The notes under the pieces were generated by a model. That model did not search any database. It saw only the letters and a program-made list of their open reading frames with translations, and was not told where the DNA came from. DNA of 64,000 nucleotides from Tubulanus polymorphus. Its lineage: Eukaryota > Animalia > Nemertea. This document shows, piece by piece, positions 25,784 through 37,924 of this stretch. The position numbers and the translations under genes were made by a program. The stretch lies in contig NC_134028.1 in assembly GCF_964204645.1 (NCBI RefSeq), positions 25,850,345-25,914,344 on the forward strand, read 5' to 3'. Positions within the stretch are counted from its first letter, which is position 1; every line of letters begins with the position of its first letter.

Positions 25784-26210
25784 ATGAATTCTCAGCGGGT
25801 TTCAGTCCACGAAAAATGAGATTCGATCTAGTGGAAAATACCCTCAAAGGCTGTCAGTAGTTCCCTCATTGTACTGTTTGACCTTTCATTTGTAATGGTC
25901 TTCGGCGGTTAACTTATAAAAGTTATGAAATGTCAAAATTCGAAAAAAATCACTGATTCTTTGTAGATAAACGCCTTAAACAGTAAGATTGAAAATCCGC
26001 GGGAGAATAAATGAATTCTTAAGCAGCGTGTCAGTCCACGAAAAATAGGTGCGATCTTGTGGAAAATACCCTCGAAGGCTGTCAGAGGTTCCCTTCAATT
26101 TACTGAAAATATCAAAATTCCTAACACATGAATTATTCCACGCAGATCAATGCATTCTAAAAACAGTAAGATTGAAAGCCCGTTGGAGTAAATGTATGAA
26201 TTCTTACACA
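25784..26210. repeat. Degenerate tandem repeat, ~2 units of ~185-230 bp
   Basis: atgaattc...tcagtccacgaaaaat...gtggaaaataccctc.aaggctgtcag...aaacagtaagattgaaa recurs at ~25784 and ~26012; a third atgaattctta at ~26196. Confidence 0.75.
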
Positions 26211-27229
26211 GGGTATGGGCCTACATTGACAGGGATAGAACACTGACAACCAGTCACTGCACCCGACTGGCCCTCACAACTAAATTGCCACTATCACTGA
26301 CCAAGAAGTCTTCCAAATTGTACGCATCAGTCATGGCAGCTCAGTAGTGTGCCGGTGAGCACATTTGCTTTGAATTAGAAGTTTATACGTCCATGGTTGG
26401 GCTTTGGATTTTGGAAGAGGATAAATTCAATTTTAGATGCCAGCGTTTTCCATATAAGATGCCATTTCCCTTTTACGAATAAAGAAATGTTGCTAACTAT
26501 TACGGCCTGCGATTATGAAATTACCGATATCAAACGGACGCAAAATTGCGACTAATTTTCGTCACTTCTTTCATTGATCGATCAGATGTGATTCTGATTA
26601 TTTGAGGTCGTCTGTTTCGTCTTGGAAGGTGCCCAAATTACCTTCGATTGATTATCACACGACGCGCACTATCATCTGATCGATTGAGAACGTACGCCAA
26701 ATAATTATCATAAACGTCGAATAGTAACACTCGCTTTCCAGGGGTCACTGAATCTTGATTGTCTTCAACGGAAACTAAAAATTATGCCATAGACTTTCAA
26801 TGGTTTATGTATGAAGTGTTACGGTCTTTGAGACGTTATAATTGTCAGTAATCGTCCTAATCCAAATCGGAATAGATAGCGATATTATTTGTTTCATACA
26901 TGTATAATAAATAATGTTATTTCCGATCATATTATCATTATATTAACCCTTTGTATCAAAGAAAAGATCCATGCAATATAGCTAATCGCATAGCCATGAT
27001 ATCAAAAGTCTTTCATAAAACTGAACCTTGTAATTCGAACTTACGAAGTCTGCAATTATGAAATTGGTTACAGGGTGAAATTGTACAATAATCTTCGGAA
27101 CTACTTGGTCATGTAATCTATAAGATTAGATATTCATCTGGTTTGAAAAAATATCTAGTGAATAAATTAATTGATTAATTAGTTAATTAGATCTCTTTAA
27201 AAGCCACAAATCACAATGAAGATCACAAA

Positions 27230-27950
27230 TGCCGTTGATAATTCTTTCGGGAAATGTTTTACTGGGAATATTTCTGTCTTTGACAGCTTTTCAGATGATA
27301 GAATCAAGGCGCCTCGTCATTTTAACGCGAATCCCCACTATTTTCCAGAAGGCGTCATACATTAACACCACGTATAAAGCGCTTCATTCAACTTTGATTA
27401 AATTTCAAAACCAAACAACTTCCATCAATGTCGTAGAATCTTTGTTAATGCGTAGCAAGTTTGTCTTGACTGTCGTTGTTTAGTTCGGTTTTAATGGATA
27501 TTTGTCCGGAATAATGGAATTATCTCGGATTTGATGACGCAACGCGAGGTGTCGTTTGATTTAACGAAGCCAATGACAAATATTAGATTTCGTCCGAGAA
27601 GATAATCGCAAAAACTTGACTTTTATAGAATACATTTTCGGCAAAGATGGACTTTGTGGGGACGAATTCTTACAGACTATCGCCATGAATCAGCCGGAAC
27701 TTAAAGAGTTTGCGCCAACGGATTAATGTCGGGGACATGTTAGAAAATATTTGGTACAATTCTATTTGCGGTCTGTCTACCGTTTCAAATATTAGATCAC
27801 GTCTATTTGTGGGCTTGGCATTGCTTAGAAAAAGTGTCGAAAAATTTTCGACTATGAGTAGCCCGAAATCTTCGAACAAAATATCCCCAACAACTTTATC
27901 GATTATCGTGAAACCTGACATTTCTATTCCCACTTCTGTTTTATAAAGTT
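27230..27950 (-). pseudogene. Possible decayed cGAS-like/Mab21-domain (cGLR) gene fragment
   Basis: Interrupted minus-strand translation gives ...EFVPTKS...FAIIFSDEI*YL...TTTVKTNLLRI...W...LDSII*KAVKDRNIPSKTFPERII, in the order of Mab21 motifs LVPK / WRISFSxxE / SYHLKTxLL / LPHYFIPxxNL; several stops and a frameshift. Confidence 0.35.
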
Positions 27951-28567
27951 CTTGTTGTTAAACCCCACCGGCCTTAAAATAGATATTGCTATTATTTTTC
28001 AAACCATTCCTACCCCTAATACGTCAACCTCTAAACAACTTAAGAATAGATTTAAGAATCATTGTCAATGGCTGCTTTTTAAATCGGATTTGAACTTAGC
28101 AACCGTTTTACTCTAATTAGAAGATCTTTTTACTAAGAGATCATCCTTTAAAATTAAAGTTTTTACTTTGTAGTTGAAGAGTTGTGAAAAATGCTTCAGC
28201 GATAATTGAAATGAATCCCATCTTGATTTCGTCATGTCCATTACGTAAGCTTGTTGTTAGTTAATGATACGGTATGGGTGGGCGTGGTTATCGTGATTGT
28301 ATACAAGTCTTTTGTATCGAAGAGTCCATCACCACTCACTGGCCGTAGGAGTATTTTTTGTTGACCTCAGATCGGCGCAATTTCATTGGTCGGTTTGAGT
28401 TTGTCTGGGGGTGAAATGCGATGTTTTTGAGAAGAGCTCTATATCGATGCCAGGGAATAAATAGCCCGTAGGGTCCACTCTAGACGACAGTTAGTGAAAG
28501 TTTCACCAACGAGCAAGTAGTTCGCTAGAAATAGAAAATCAGTTCTTCGCCTGGATTTTCAAGCTCA

Positions 28568-30164
28568 ATGATGGAAGACCATAGTGATTTCATGATGCGA
28601 GATGGCAAAAAGGTATTTATTTGATATTTTAAAAAAAACTGTTCATAGATTTTGCTTTTTATATTTACTTCAAATAATACTCATTGAAAAAAATTCGGAG
28701 ATAGATACATAAATCTTATCAAGAGTTTTGCTCGATTGCAGTCGTAGAGTTTTGACGTTTAGATGTTGTGTTTTATTTTTACAGAGTAATAAACCCCTCA
28801 TGGAGAAAAAACGACGAGCTCGAATCAACAAGTGTCTGGTAGAACTGAAATCACTTATACTTGAAACCATGCAGAAAGATACTTCGGTAAGTTCTTTTCT
28901 ATTGTGTGGGGAATTTCTCACTGTGAATGTTGGTTTTGTATGAGGAATGTTTTCACTTATATAATAAGAGAGTCGGTGGATGATCGTTATATATGTAATA
29001 TGAATTAGTTCTATGTTGAGCACTGAATTGCTGAATTAAATTCAACATCGTTATAATAGGACCATGTTTACAGACAGGGACGGTTTTAACTGGGACGGAG
29101 TCATTTAACTAATATTAGTAGAATAACCACATTCAATCGTGGAGAACAGATATTAAGATAAAAAACCCACTATATACAGATTTAAAAGTTTTAAAAACAA
29201 GAATTTATTCAGTCAAAAATTAAAATGATATTTCACATCGAACACTCACTAGAGATGTGACGACGATCTCTAGTGAGTGTTCGAAATGTCATTTTCATTC
29301 TTAATTGAATAAATTCTCGATTTTGAAATTCTTAAAACTGTATATAGTTGGTTTTTATCTTATTTAGCTTATATGATCAATCGCATCTACGTAAACAGTG
29401 TTTCAATCCAAACTAACTATTACTGAAATTAATACTGCCTAGATAATCTAGAAAAAAAATACAAAAAAAATATTTGTAGATGTTTATAAGTAATTTCATC
29501 TGATTTATTATTCTTCATGTATATAATGGAATTATTTCTGATCTCTTTACAGACTCCCGGTTACAATAAACTGGAGAAAGCCGATATTCTGGAGCTGACG
29601 GTCAAATATTTACGTGACGTCAGAAACAAACGCGATTCATCACACGAGAAAACTCGAAACACTAAAATGTATCAATCGGGCTACAGCGCCTGCGCGAAGG
29701 AAGTCGCCCAGTTCATGTACTCATTCGATGGTGTCGATCAAGGCATGCGCGCTCGCGTACTCAATCACGTTATTTCATCGTTAGATCGGCTTCACAACAG
29801 TACTGATGTAGGTGGCGCCACTGAAGAAAAGCAAACATCGCCCCCGGAGGACCCGGTGGTTACTCCAGTGAGCAGTCGCGAATCTAGTCCAATCATGTTC
29901 GGCACTCCGACAAGCACGCCGAACAAAACAGCAACCACAATCACTTCAACGGACTTACAATCATCTCCGGGACTGTTTTCACCAGTAGGGGGCGCCAGTA
30001 GGCCGACATTGTATCTACCAACTACTGTTCCATATCAATTACATAACCATTCAAATTATCAGGCAGCGCCGGGGGTACCGATGAAATTCAACTACCCAGA
30101 GTTGATGCAACCAGTGGCTTTCAGTCATCAATATGTTGATCAGTCCATGTGGAGACCGTGGTAA
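28568..30164 (+). CDS. HES: Hairy/Enhancer-of-split (HES) bHLH-Orange repressor, 3 exons, ~252 aa
   Basis: Exons 28568-28612, 28785-28886, 29553-30164. KPLMEKKRRARIN basic region, KLEKADILELTV, Orange domain YQSGYSACAKEV, terminal WRPW. Confidence 0.95.
29112..29363. mobile_element. Fold-back (palindromic) copy of the hammerhead-bearing Penelope-type family in HES intron 2
   Basis: Perfect 19-bp arms 29238-29256 and 29266-29284 extend imperfectly to ~29152/29363. Both arms match 51160-51313 (aataaattcttgtttttaaa...tagtgggtttttatctta). Confidence 0.7.
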
Positions 30165-32115
30165 TTTCCACTTGTTCATTAAACTGTCATCGTAATTTTT
30201 CATCATCATTATCATCATTCATCAAGTGTCATCATTTTCCTCTATTTCTGTCTTTTACTTTTTGTCATCTTCATCTTCATCGTCACATCATCAGTGTCAT
30301 TTCGCAACTAAGAATGTGTTCGTGTTCGAGTCATGCGCGGTCAAATCCCGGACAAACTCAAGAAATTATGTAAATAATCTTCATGTATAAATGAATCATA
30401 TCAATTGTTACATATTTTGATATCAATTTTTATATATCAAAAGACGTGTAAATAAATTTTATCTCAATTATAAGAAAGATTTTGTATTGAATTTCTTTGG
30501 CTTTTTGCGGATGAAATCTGAACATAAAGCTCTCAGAATACCCACTCTTAAACAGGACGGTGGAACCAGATCCGCATCGGTGGCTTTTCGTATAGCGGAT
30601 GATTTCTAGTCCAAAACCTTTGTCTTTTCGTCGAGGATGCACCTTACTGAGATAGAGGTGATATTGTTTAATTGGGTATGAATTAAATTGCGACATAAAC
30701 GACACGCTGTGAAGTCATGTGATCATCTCAGACGACACCTCAAATTACGTCATCAAATCGGTCGTATTATTCCGTGTAAATACGTATTACATCTGACAAT
30801 AAGGATCGCTCAGCATTGCCCGCGGAACCAAACAACCCGATTACGATACGTGATTGAATCTAAATTTGAAAAATAACATCGTTATAACTTGACCTTAGCG
30901 AAGGAGAATCAACCGAGATGACATAATTAAACACTGAACACTAAGACTGAACTGAATCATGCACCGCATAGATTTCATCTATATAGGCCTGCGAAATGCT
31001 ACTCAATTTCACTATACAAAGAGTTAAATATTTGAATAATTTTAACAACAATAATTTCTGCAGCTTGATTTCAATTACCGGTACCATGCAGAATATTTTT
31101 TTTGTAAGATGCTTTGTTTCTTCAGTTCAGATTTCTATTGAATTATTTTTTACAAGAATTCAAATTAAAGGAGTTTTGATGATATACTATAGTTTTTTCT
31201 TCTAATAACTTCTATCTGACTACATATATGTGTTTGAATGCTCACTGAAATAATGATCTCCCCCACCCGCTGCGATCGAGTCGGACATCCCATTTTAGAT
31301 TGGCAAAATCCCTAAATAGCTCATTTGTAAAGGAATCGTTTTGCCGGGTGAATTTCTCTTTTGGTCTAGGCTTTTTGTTGTGCGTTTGATGTAACACCCT
31401 TGGGGCATCATGACATCCATAGGTACAATTCTTTTTGAGTAGAACTTCCGATAAACGTTAAATAAGTTCTTTTCTAATGGTAGTCCGAATTCTTATGGGA
31501 TTAATCTTGTACAAAGATTTCAAAGGTGCTTTTAACTAAGAACTCTTCCTCTTCCGTGATTATTTGGTCATTAGTGGGGTAGGACTCCAACGAATGAGGG
31601 CATCACCCGAGAAAAGAGTAAATAATCTTGGGTTTTTAATCTATGATCATGATGTTTTGTAAATCACGTTGTAGCTGAGCTGTTGAAAATGTTTTTCACA
31701 GGTTGTGTTCATTTCTGCAAAAAAATTGTTAAAAGTCTTTTTCTTAAGTTTTTGGAATTTCTGCAAAAATATTCGCTGTTTCTAGCAAGCCCGTTTCCCG
31801 CAACATGCATGTGCAGCACTGAATCTCAAATCTATTGTTATGTGCTGTCAGCTACTGAATTTACTTGCCCGCGGTATTGCATTATTTCGCTAGGAAGCCG
31901 TACCGTGCTGCCACCAAATTCAGGTTAAATAAATTGCTAGAATATCAACTCTCAAGGTCGAGGGCTGTGAAATGTCAAAATTTATTTTGATAGCAGCTTA
32001 AATACTAACTCTACTTAAGCAGCTCTTTATTAATCAAAAATCTGATTATCAATTTGAATCTAATGGAATTCCCATGCTTAAATGATATGATAGTCCATAT
32101 GAACACCATAACTGA

Positions 32116-34305
32116 ATGAACATTTTAAGGCGATCTGTGCATTGTATTTGTATAGCTGCCCTGATGAAGTTAGCGCTGACACCACCTGGCCGTTGGTTTA
32201 GAGAATATCAGAGGAGACACAAAATAAATCATTTCGTTGCACTGTCTGCAGTTTTCTTGATTTTATACAATGAATATGTTTCACATTGGTTACAGTCGAC
32301 TTATTGGCCGCAAATTCCAGTGTCTATGTGAGTACCGGTAAATGGTAGCTCTATTCTCCAAGTGAAGTGAGCACTAAGGTTCCTCTTTAATAGATTTTTT
32401 CTTGCTTTGTAGCACGGAAGAGGATAATCTAAAGGTTTTATTTGTCACAGATCCTCAGCTAGTCGGTTTCGATAATGAGCCGCACTTGTTAGGCATTATA
32501 ACAAGATATGATTCAGATAGGTATGTCTGTGGCGATGTACGCTCGACTTTGGGACCCGACCTCCTTCGCCATAACATCCATTTATTTTCAGATACATGCG
32601 ACGCACATTTCAATCGTCGATCAGTTACGTAAAGCCAGATGTTGTAGTATTTCTCGGTGATCTGTTGGACGAGGGCAGCATCAGTTCAGATCAACAATAC
32701 CAAATCTACGTTGATCGTTTTCGGCAAGTTTTTCACGAGGCATATCAAACTAAGGTATTTTTGTGGAAAGTAGATATTTTGCCGGTGTGGTATTATTATT
32801 CTAGTGAACACAATTTTGCCGGGTCAACTACTAAAGCTCAGCAGAAATGAGAAACGAAGTATCGATTTGTGTTAGCTTAAGGTGCTGGACTCTCAAAATA
32901 TTCAAGAAAGCATCAAAGAAAAATTAGTGAAAAATTGATCAGCAAAATAGCGTCAACTAGACTTATGCTATCCACTTCGCATTTTTTGTGTGAGCATAAT
33001 TTTGAAAACCGACTCCGCGATGAATAAGTTGTGAATTTTGTTTTAGTTTGAACCCGTGTTTATTTCTGGTGACAATGATGTCGGTGGTGAAGGATCTGAT
33101 CCGATGACGACGTCAAAAGTGCAAAGATTTGAAAAGTATTTCCCCAGCAAACGAGTTAAGACAGCAAAGTTTGTCGATATTATCGACGTAAGGATTCTTC
33201 TACCATTCATTTCATCTCTTTACTATTAATCATTTGTTTCGAAATTCTGCAGATGATACTGGTATATATCATTGTCGTTTCAGGCAAATATTGATTTGAA
33301 CAAATTTGCAACAGAAATTAAGAAGGATCTCAAAAATGTAGCGACTCAAACCGACGATAAACAACTGAAAATCGTGATCAATCATAGCGGAATTTTGTAT
33401 CGAGAAAGATATGTATTATTGAATGTAAGGTTCCAATCAGTGAAGCAGATACCAAAATTTAAAGGGAGTGTTAACCAATCTATTATACAGTAAACCTCGC
33501 TCTACTATTTTTCAAAACGAAATATTTTTCTGATTTCTTAACATACTTTCCTATCCCTTACTCAGACTTTGCTTAATAGCTCAGACCAATTATGCCTGTA
33601 TTTCTACCAGTTAGTCCGAGTAAGCGGCAAGGTTGACTGTATTAACTTTTTTTAACCAGGGACGCATTAACTAAGGTTGACTATATAGATACGGGCATTA
33701 TCTGTACTGTAAATGAATTGCTCATTCCGTATCCCGTATTTCTTATTAAAAGGTGATAGAAACATTGAAACCAGCAATAATATTCACATCACATACTCAT
33801 GTGGTAGGTACAATCGTGGATCTAATGCAGTTTCACTTGAGATCTATTCAATTCGACATATATCTTTCACCATCTTTATTTCATATAGTCTAGATTATGG
33901 ACGTGTCCGGACTGTTACAGAAATCATCGGCCGAACAGCATTCACCTGAAAGTCGATCGTTTAACATCGAACAAGTTTCAAACATTCCCAGTCAATAACG
34001 ATGACCTTAAAGAAATCGTCGTCCCGACTTGTAGTTACAGAATGGGTGTACCGGATATGGGTTACGGATTCGCTATATTCAGTACGTATTCAGATCGAAG
34101 ATCGGATTCGTATTATCTGCTTACTGATGAACTTCATAAATAACACGTTTATATTTTAGACAAATCCGGCCGGTTCGACTACGCAGTGCTATGGCAGGTG
34201 CAGAGATACCCGCAGTTATGGAGTTACTTGGCCTTTCTGATTGTAGCTTCCGTAATCAAATTAACACTTTTCTTTTCAAATCGCAGTCGATTTTTGTTCA
34301 GGTGA
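32116..34305 (+). CDS. MPPE1: Metallophosphoesterase 1-like (MPPE1/PGAP5 family), ~8 exons
   Basis: Approximate exons 32116-32327, 32412-32520, 32592-32754, 33047-33187, 33284-33423, ~33752-33802, ~33894-34081, 34161-34305. N-terminal TM; motifs TDPQL, FLGDLLDEG, GDNDVGGE, HSHTH, VPTCSYRMG; C-terminal TM. Confidence 0.8.
33488..33639. mobile_element. Tc1/mariner-pogo-type MITE
   Basis: TA-cagtaaacctcgc ... gcggcaaggttgactg-TA. Confidence 0.65.
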
Positions 34306-34335
34306 CAAGCGTATTTATGAATTGTTTTATGAATA

Positions 34336-34515
34336 CAGTCAACCACTGATATACCGCCCTTCCATTTACAACCAACCCTCGGCTACCGCCTCAAGGTTTT
34401 CTCAATGTACATCTCTATACAAATACATAGTAAAACACCCCTGATATACCGCCATACTCTCTATACCGCCGAAATCGTTCTGCACCGATGTGGGCGGTAT
34501 ATCTGGGGTTGACTG
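34336..34515. mobile_element. Tc1/mariner-pogo-type MITE
   Basis: TA-cagtcaaccactgatataccgccc ... gggcggtatatctggggttgactg-TA; internal tataccgcc repeats. Confidence 0.85.
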
Positions 34516-35422
34516 TAATTCATATTTAAAGTAACTTATTCAAAGTGTCTCATATCATAAACAGTTTATCTTGCTTTGTTCAATATTTATATGCATGTAT
34601 TTATACCTATTTCGAGTATGTTGAGGTTTATTGGTTTTATTGCTATTAAATTTTCATTAAATGATGTACATTGTGTCAGTATTTTCTGATATTCCGCAGA
34701 CATTATGAGAACATGGAATCGTCTTGAAAAAAGAATAACTCATAAAACCTAAAAAGATGTCAGTTACAATCATTCTATTGAATTAAGCAGAACATTCATC
34801 AGATTTTTTAACACGCATACATCTTAAACGAGCATAAATATCTGGTGCCAAATGCTGGAAGGGAGGAGCTTTTCTATATCACTGTTAACACTAAAACAAC
34901 CTTTCAGCAAAACCGGCCTCTCGACTTTACAATTCAATCAAGGATAAAATGGCACCAAAAGTCAAGTAAATATATTTACACCCAGCCACACTTCAGTTCA
35001 AACTAAGCTTCTTGTACGTATCAATTAAAAATATTCAAAGCAAAAATATGAAAGTTATATACAACATACAATGTACTGGCTAGGTGGATATTATTTGATA
35101 TACATCAGCAGTGTTCGACATATACTGTATTGGGATTTTAGAATGAAGGGCTGCATCTATTTTAAAAGCCAAACACCAAAACTACAAAGCTACTCATCAA
35201 CTCACTACAACTTATAAAGCAAACATTGACATCAACTTTAAAAGGGCAGCAGTTTTAACAGAGATCGCCGACTGTTGGATACCGAAAAGTGGCCAGCCCT
35301 TTAAAAACTCCTTGTGCGGAACATTGATCAGTACACTGCTGTATTAGAAGCATTGAGGTAATAAATACAAATGACAATGGATTATAACAATTAATGCTTC
35401 GATTGATTAGAAGCACAAAATA

Positions 35423-35984
35423 CAGTCAAGTAGAATCCGCTTAATTCAGATCATTTGCGACTGATGAATATCAGGATTAAACATCATATTCTTCAAACCG
35501 GTGGTACATTGAATCACGGTCCCCACAGATCAGTCATTCCAGGATATGAAGACTCTTAAGGAGAGAATTTCAAATTATGAGAAAGTGTCTGCATCACTAA
35601 CATATCCCAATTGTGGTAGACTCCTCCTAAATGGGTACTGTTTATCTCAGTAAATTGTAAAACCAGTGGTTTTGTAAGCAATTAAATTTCATCCTTAATA
35701 TTACCTAAATTCGGGGTCTATCAGTAATTGGGTAATTTACCATCATTGGGTAAAAACAAATCCGGGATCCGGACTGTACTGATTTAGGCATAGTCCGTAG
35801 TAGGGGGAGTTTTATAGGAATTAACGACATTTTGCTCAATGAGTTTCAAGCACCTTAAAAGCATTTTCAGCTTATAAGGAGTTTTTTAAGTAATCATAGG
35901 GACTCTGTGGAAGTAAGAGTGAACCGAAAATAATGTCCTGATTAAATCCACATCAAACTGATCCAAATTAAGCGGGTTCGACTG
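35423..35984. mobile_element. pogo/Tigger-like non-autonomous element(s) downstream of the EI24 stop
   Basis: TA-cagtc...gaatccgcttaattcagatca ... tgatccaaattaagcgggttcgactg-TA. Confidence 0.6.
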
Positions 35985-36007
35985 TACGAATAAAAGACAA
36001 CATTAAA

Positions 36008-37030
36008 TCATTTCATCGTCGTATTACGTTTAACAGGGGTCGATGAGGGAGTCGACCTGGCGCTGCTCGGACGTTTAGAGGTGACCGTATGCTGAAATAT
36101 CGCGTTACTGATCGTAACGACGATCGCGAACAATTTCAACGGGAAATCGCAATACGACTGCTGCACGGCGTCCGCTTCGTTCGCGCTGATTATAAACAAT
36201 GGAAACAAAATCGAAAACACGCAACCGCTCACGACGTATGAGCTCGGCATCGACGTCAAAACGGCGAGGGGTAAACCGAAACCGATGAAATACGGCCATT
36301 GAGTTTCCATGTACGATAGACGTTTATGAACCTCCCAGCCCATGTTATACCACTTATACTCGAACGCGTACAACGAATATAACATACACATATGAACGAG
36401 GCCGACGAGTTCGCCGAGACCTCGTATCGGTAGAAAGTTCGCCAACATCCCCTGAATGAGGAATAATCCTTGCAGCAATAAACTGAACAATACATCGGCG
36501 ATCACTTTACTCAAACTCGGCATCAAATTCGGACGGCCGCGCGAACTTTTATACGCCGCGTCGGCGATGTCCTGGAACCATAAACTGTTGACGATTTTAC
36601 TCAGAATGAACAACGGTAGAATCCATAACGCGCCGAACGTCCACGTTAACATCGGCCCGAGCCACGTCCATATCGTACTCGAATCGGCGCTGCTCGCGAA
36701 TATATACTGCGTAAAGAATCTCAGACACGGTATCACGATGAAATTGAAGAGAATAATACTGGCCCAAAATATTCCTCCGTTCCACATACAGCACAGTACG
36801 ATTCTCTGCATGATGTTCGGAACGGATTTTTCTTTCTTTTTTTCCGGCGTTGTTTTCATGCGTTCGGCTCGCCGGCGCGCGAGGGTACTCTGAGGTTCGC
36901 GACTCGGAGATGAATTCTGTTGCGCGGCTTCTAATTCTTTATCCAAATAGAATAACCGCGCAGCGCCGAATACGCCGTCCTGAAGTCCTTTAGCAACGCC
37001 CAGAGCTATCAGCTTCACCGTATCCGCCAT
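36008..37030 (-). CDS. EI24: Etoposide-induced protein 2.4 homolog (EI24 autophagy-associated TM protein), 340 aa, single coding exon
   Basis: Uninterrupted ORF with CCMWNGGIFW, LWILPLFILSKIVNSLWFQDIAD, LYSLYAFEYKW, WPYFIGFGLPLA, SGCVFSILFPLFIISANEA. Probable 5'UTR intron (acceptor ~37067, donor ~37468). Confidence 0.95.
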   Translation of the reverse strand: MADTVKLIALGVAKGLQDGVFGAARLFYLDKELEAAQQNSSPSREPQSTLARRRAERMKTTPEKKKEKSVPNIMQRIVLCCMWNGGIFWASIILFNFIVIPCLRFFTQYIFASSADSSTIWTWLGPMLTWTFGALWILPLFILSKIVNSLWFQDIADAAYKSSRGRPNLMPSLSKVIADVLFSLLLQGLFLIQGMLANFLPIRGLGELVGLVHMCMLYSLYAFEYKWYNMGWEVHKRLSYMETQWPYFIGFGLPLAVLTSMPSSYVVSGCVFSILFPLFIISANEADAVQQSYCDFPLKLFAIVVTISNAIFQHTVTSKRPSSARSTPSSTPVKRNTTMK

Positions 37031-37151
37031 AGTTAATTTCGTGGTTTTTTAGAGTTTCCAGGTCACCTGAAATAGATCGAATAAATTGACAAGAAAGGAT
37101 TGAACATTGTAAATACGAACCCCTGACGGCCGTCCCGTGTGTGTGGGGACA

Positions 37152-37285
37152 TCATCGATGCACAGCGCGGGCTTGTGTAAGAGTTATCGTAAACACAATA
37201 ATCTGTTAATCCGCTGGATACTGGATTATCGTTTTTACACTACCTGCAACTCTGATACCAGCCCCTGTGCTGCATGTGCATCGAT
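37152..37285. mobile_element. Small inverted-repeat element in the EI24 5'UTR intron
   Basis: atcgatgcaca..gggct..agagtt / aactct..agccc..tgtgcatcgat. Confidence 0.5.
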
Positions 37286-37924
37286 CAGCATAATATGATA
37301 CTGTCTTTTAGTTTTTAAGAAGGAGATGGATGGCGGTCACGTTGTTTCGACTCATCTCATTATTTGATTAAAAATAAAAAAGTGACAAGTCTAAAAGAAG
37401 CCCAATCATCAAAAAATCTTCATCATACGGACAATTTTTTAAGTATTTCAACTAATTTCTTTACTCACACTTGATAATTACATGTTGTTAGCAAGAATCA
37501 CGTCGGAATTGTCACCAATCAATTAACTACGAAATGTCATGAAGCAAATATATTGGAATACGATAGACGTCATAAGACTCTCGATTTACGACTTGAAACT
37601 GTTGAGTGGGCTCGAATCCCATAAAATGTGTGCAGTTTCTAAATTCAAATTAAAACTTCATTCAGCAAACTTTTCATCCTCGCTTGCCAGGGGTCCGGTA
37701 TCGCTCTAGTCTGTTCCCTAATCGTTGGTCGGAGGCTTTTATAATCGGATGGGCTCGTGGTTTGTGAAAATATCCGATCGAAAAAATAAACCACAGACGG
37801 GTTACTGACTATTATCACTCCCCTTCTCGCTTCAAAACTCGGGGAAACCGACAATCAATCATAGCCAACCTAAATATTTCTTACAAAAATTTATTTCTCT
37901 ACAAAAAATTCCAACAATCCAAGA

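Noticed and set aside
28000-28567. Su(H)/CSL paired site expected in a Notch-target HES promoter
   Set aside because: No RTGRGAA pair seen by eye; only GC-box and CCAAT-like motifs, plus a single TTCTCAC in intron 2.
37645-37854. GC-richer stretch between TEDC2 and EI24 considered as snRNA, RNase MRP or telomerase RNA
   Set aside because: No diagnostic motif matched; an Rfam scan would be needed to revisit it.
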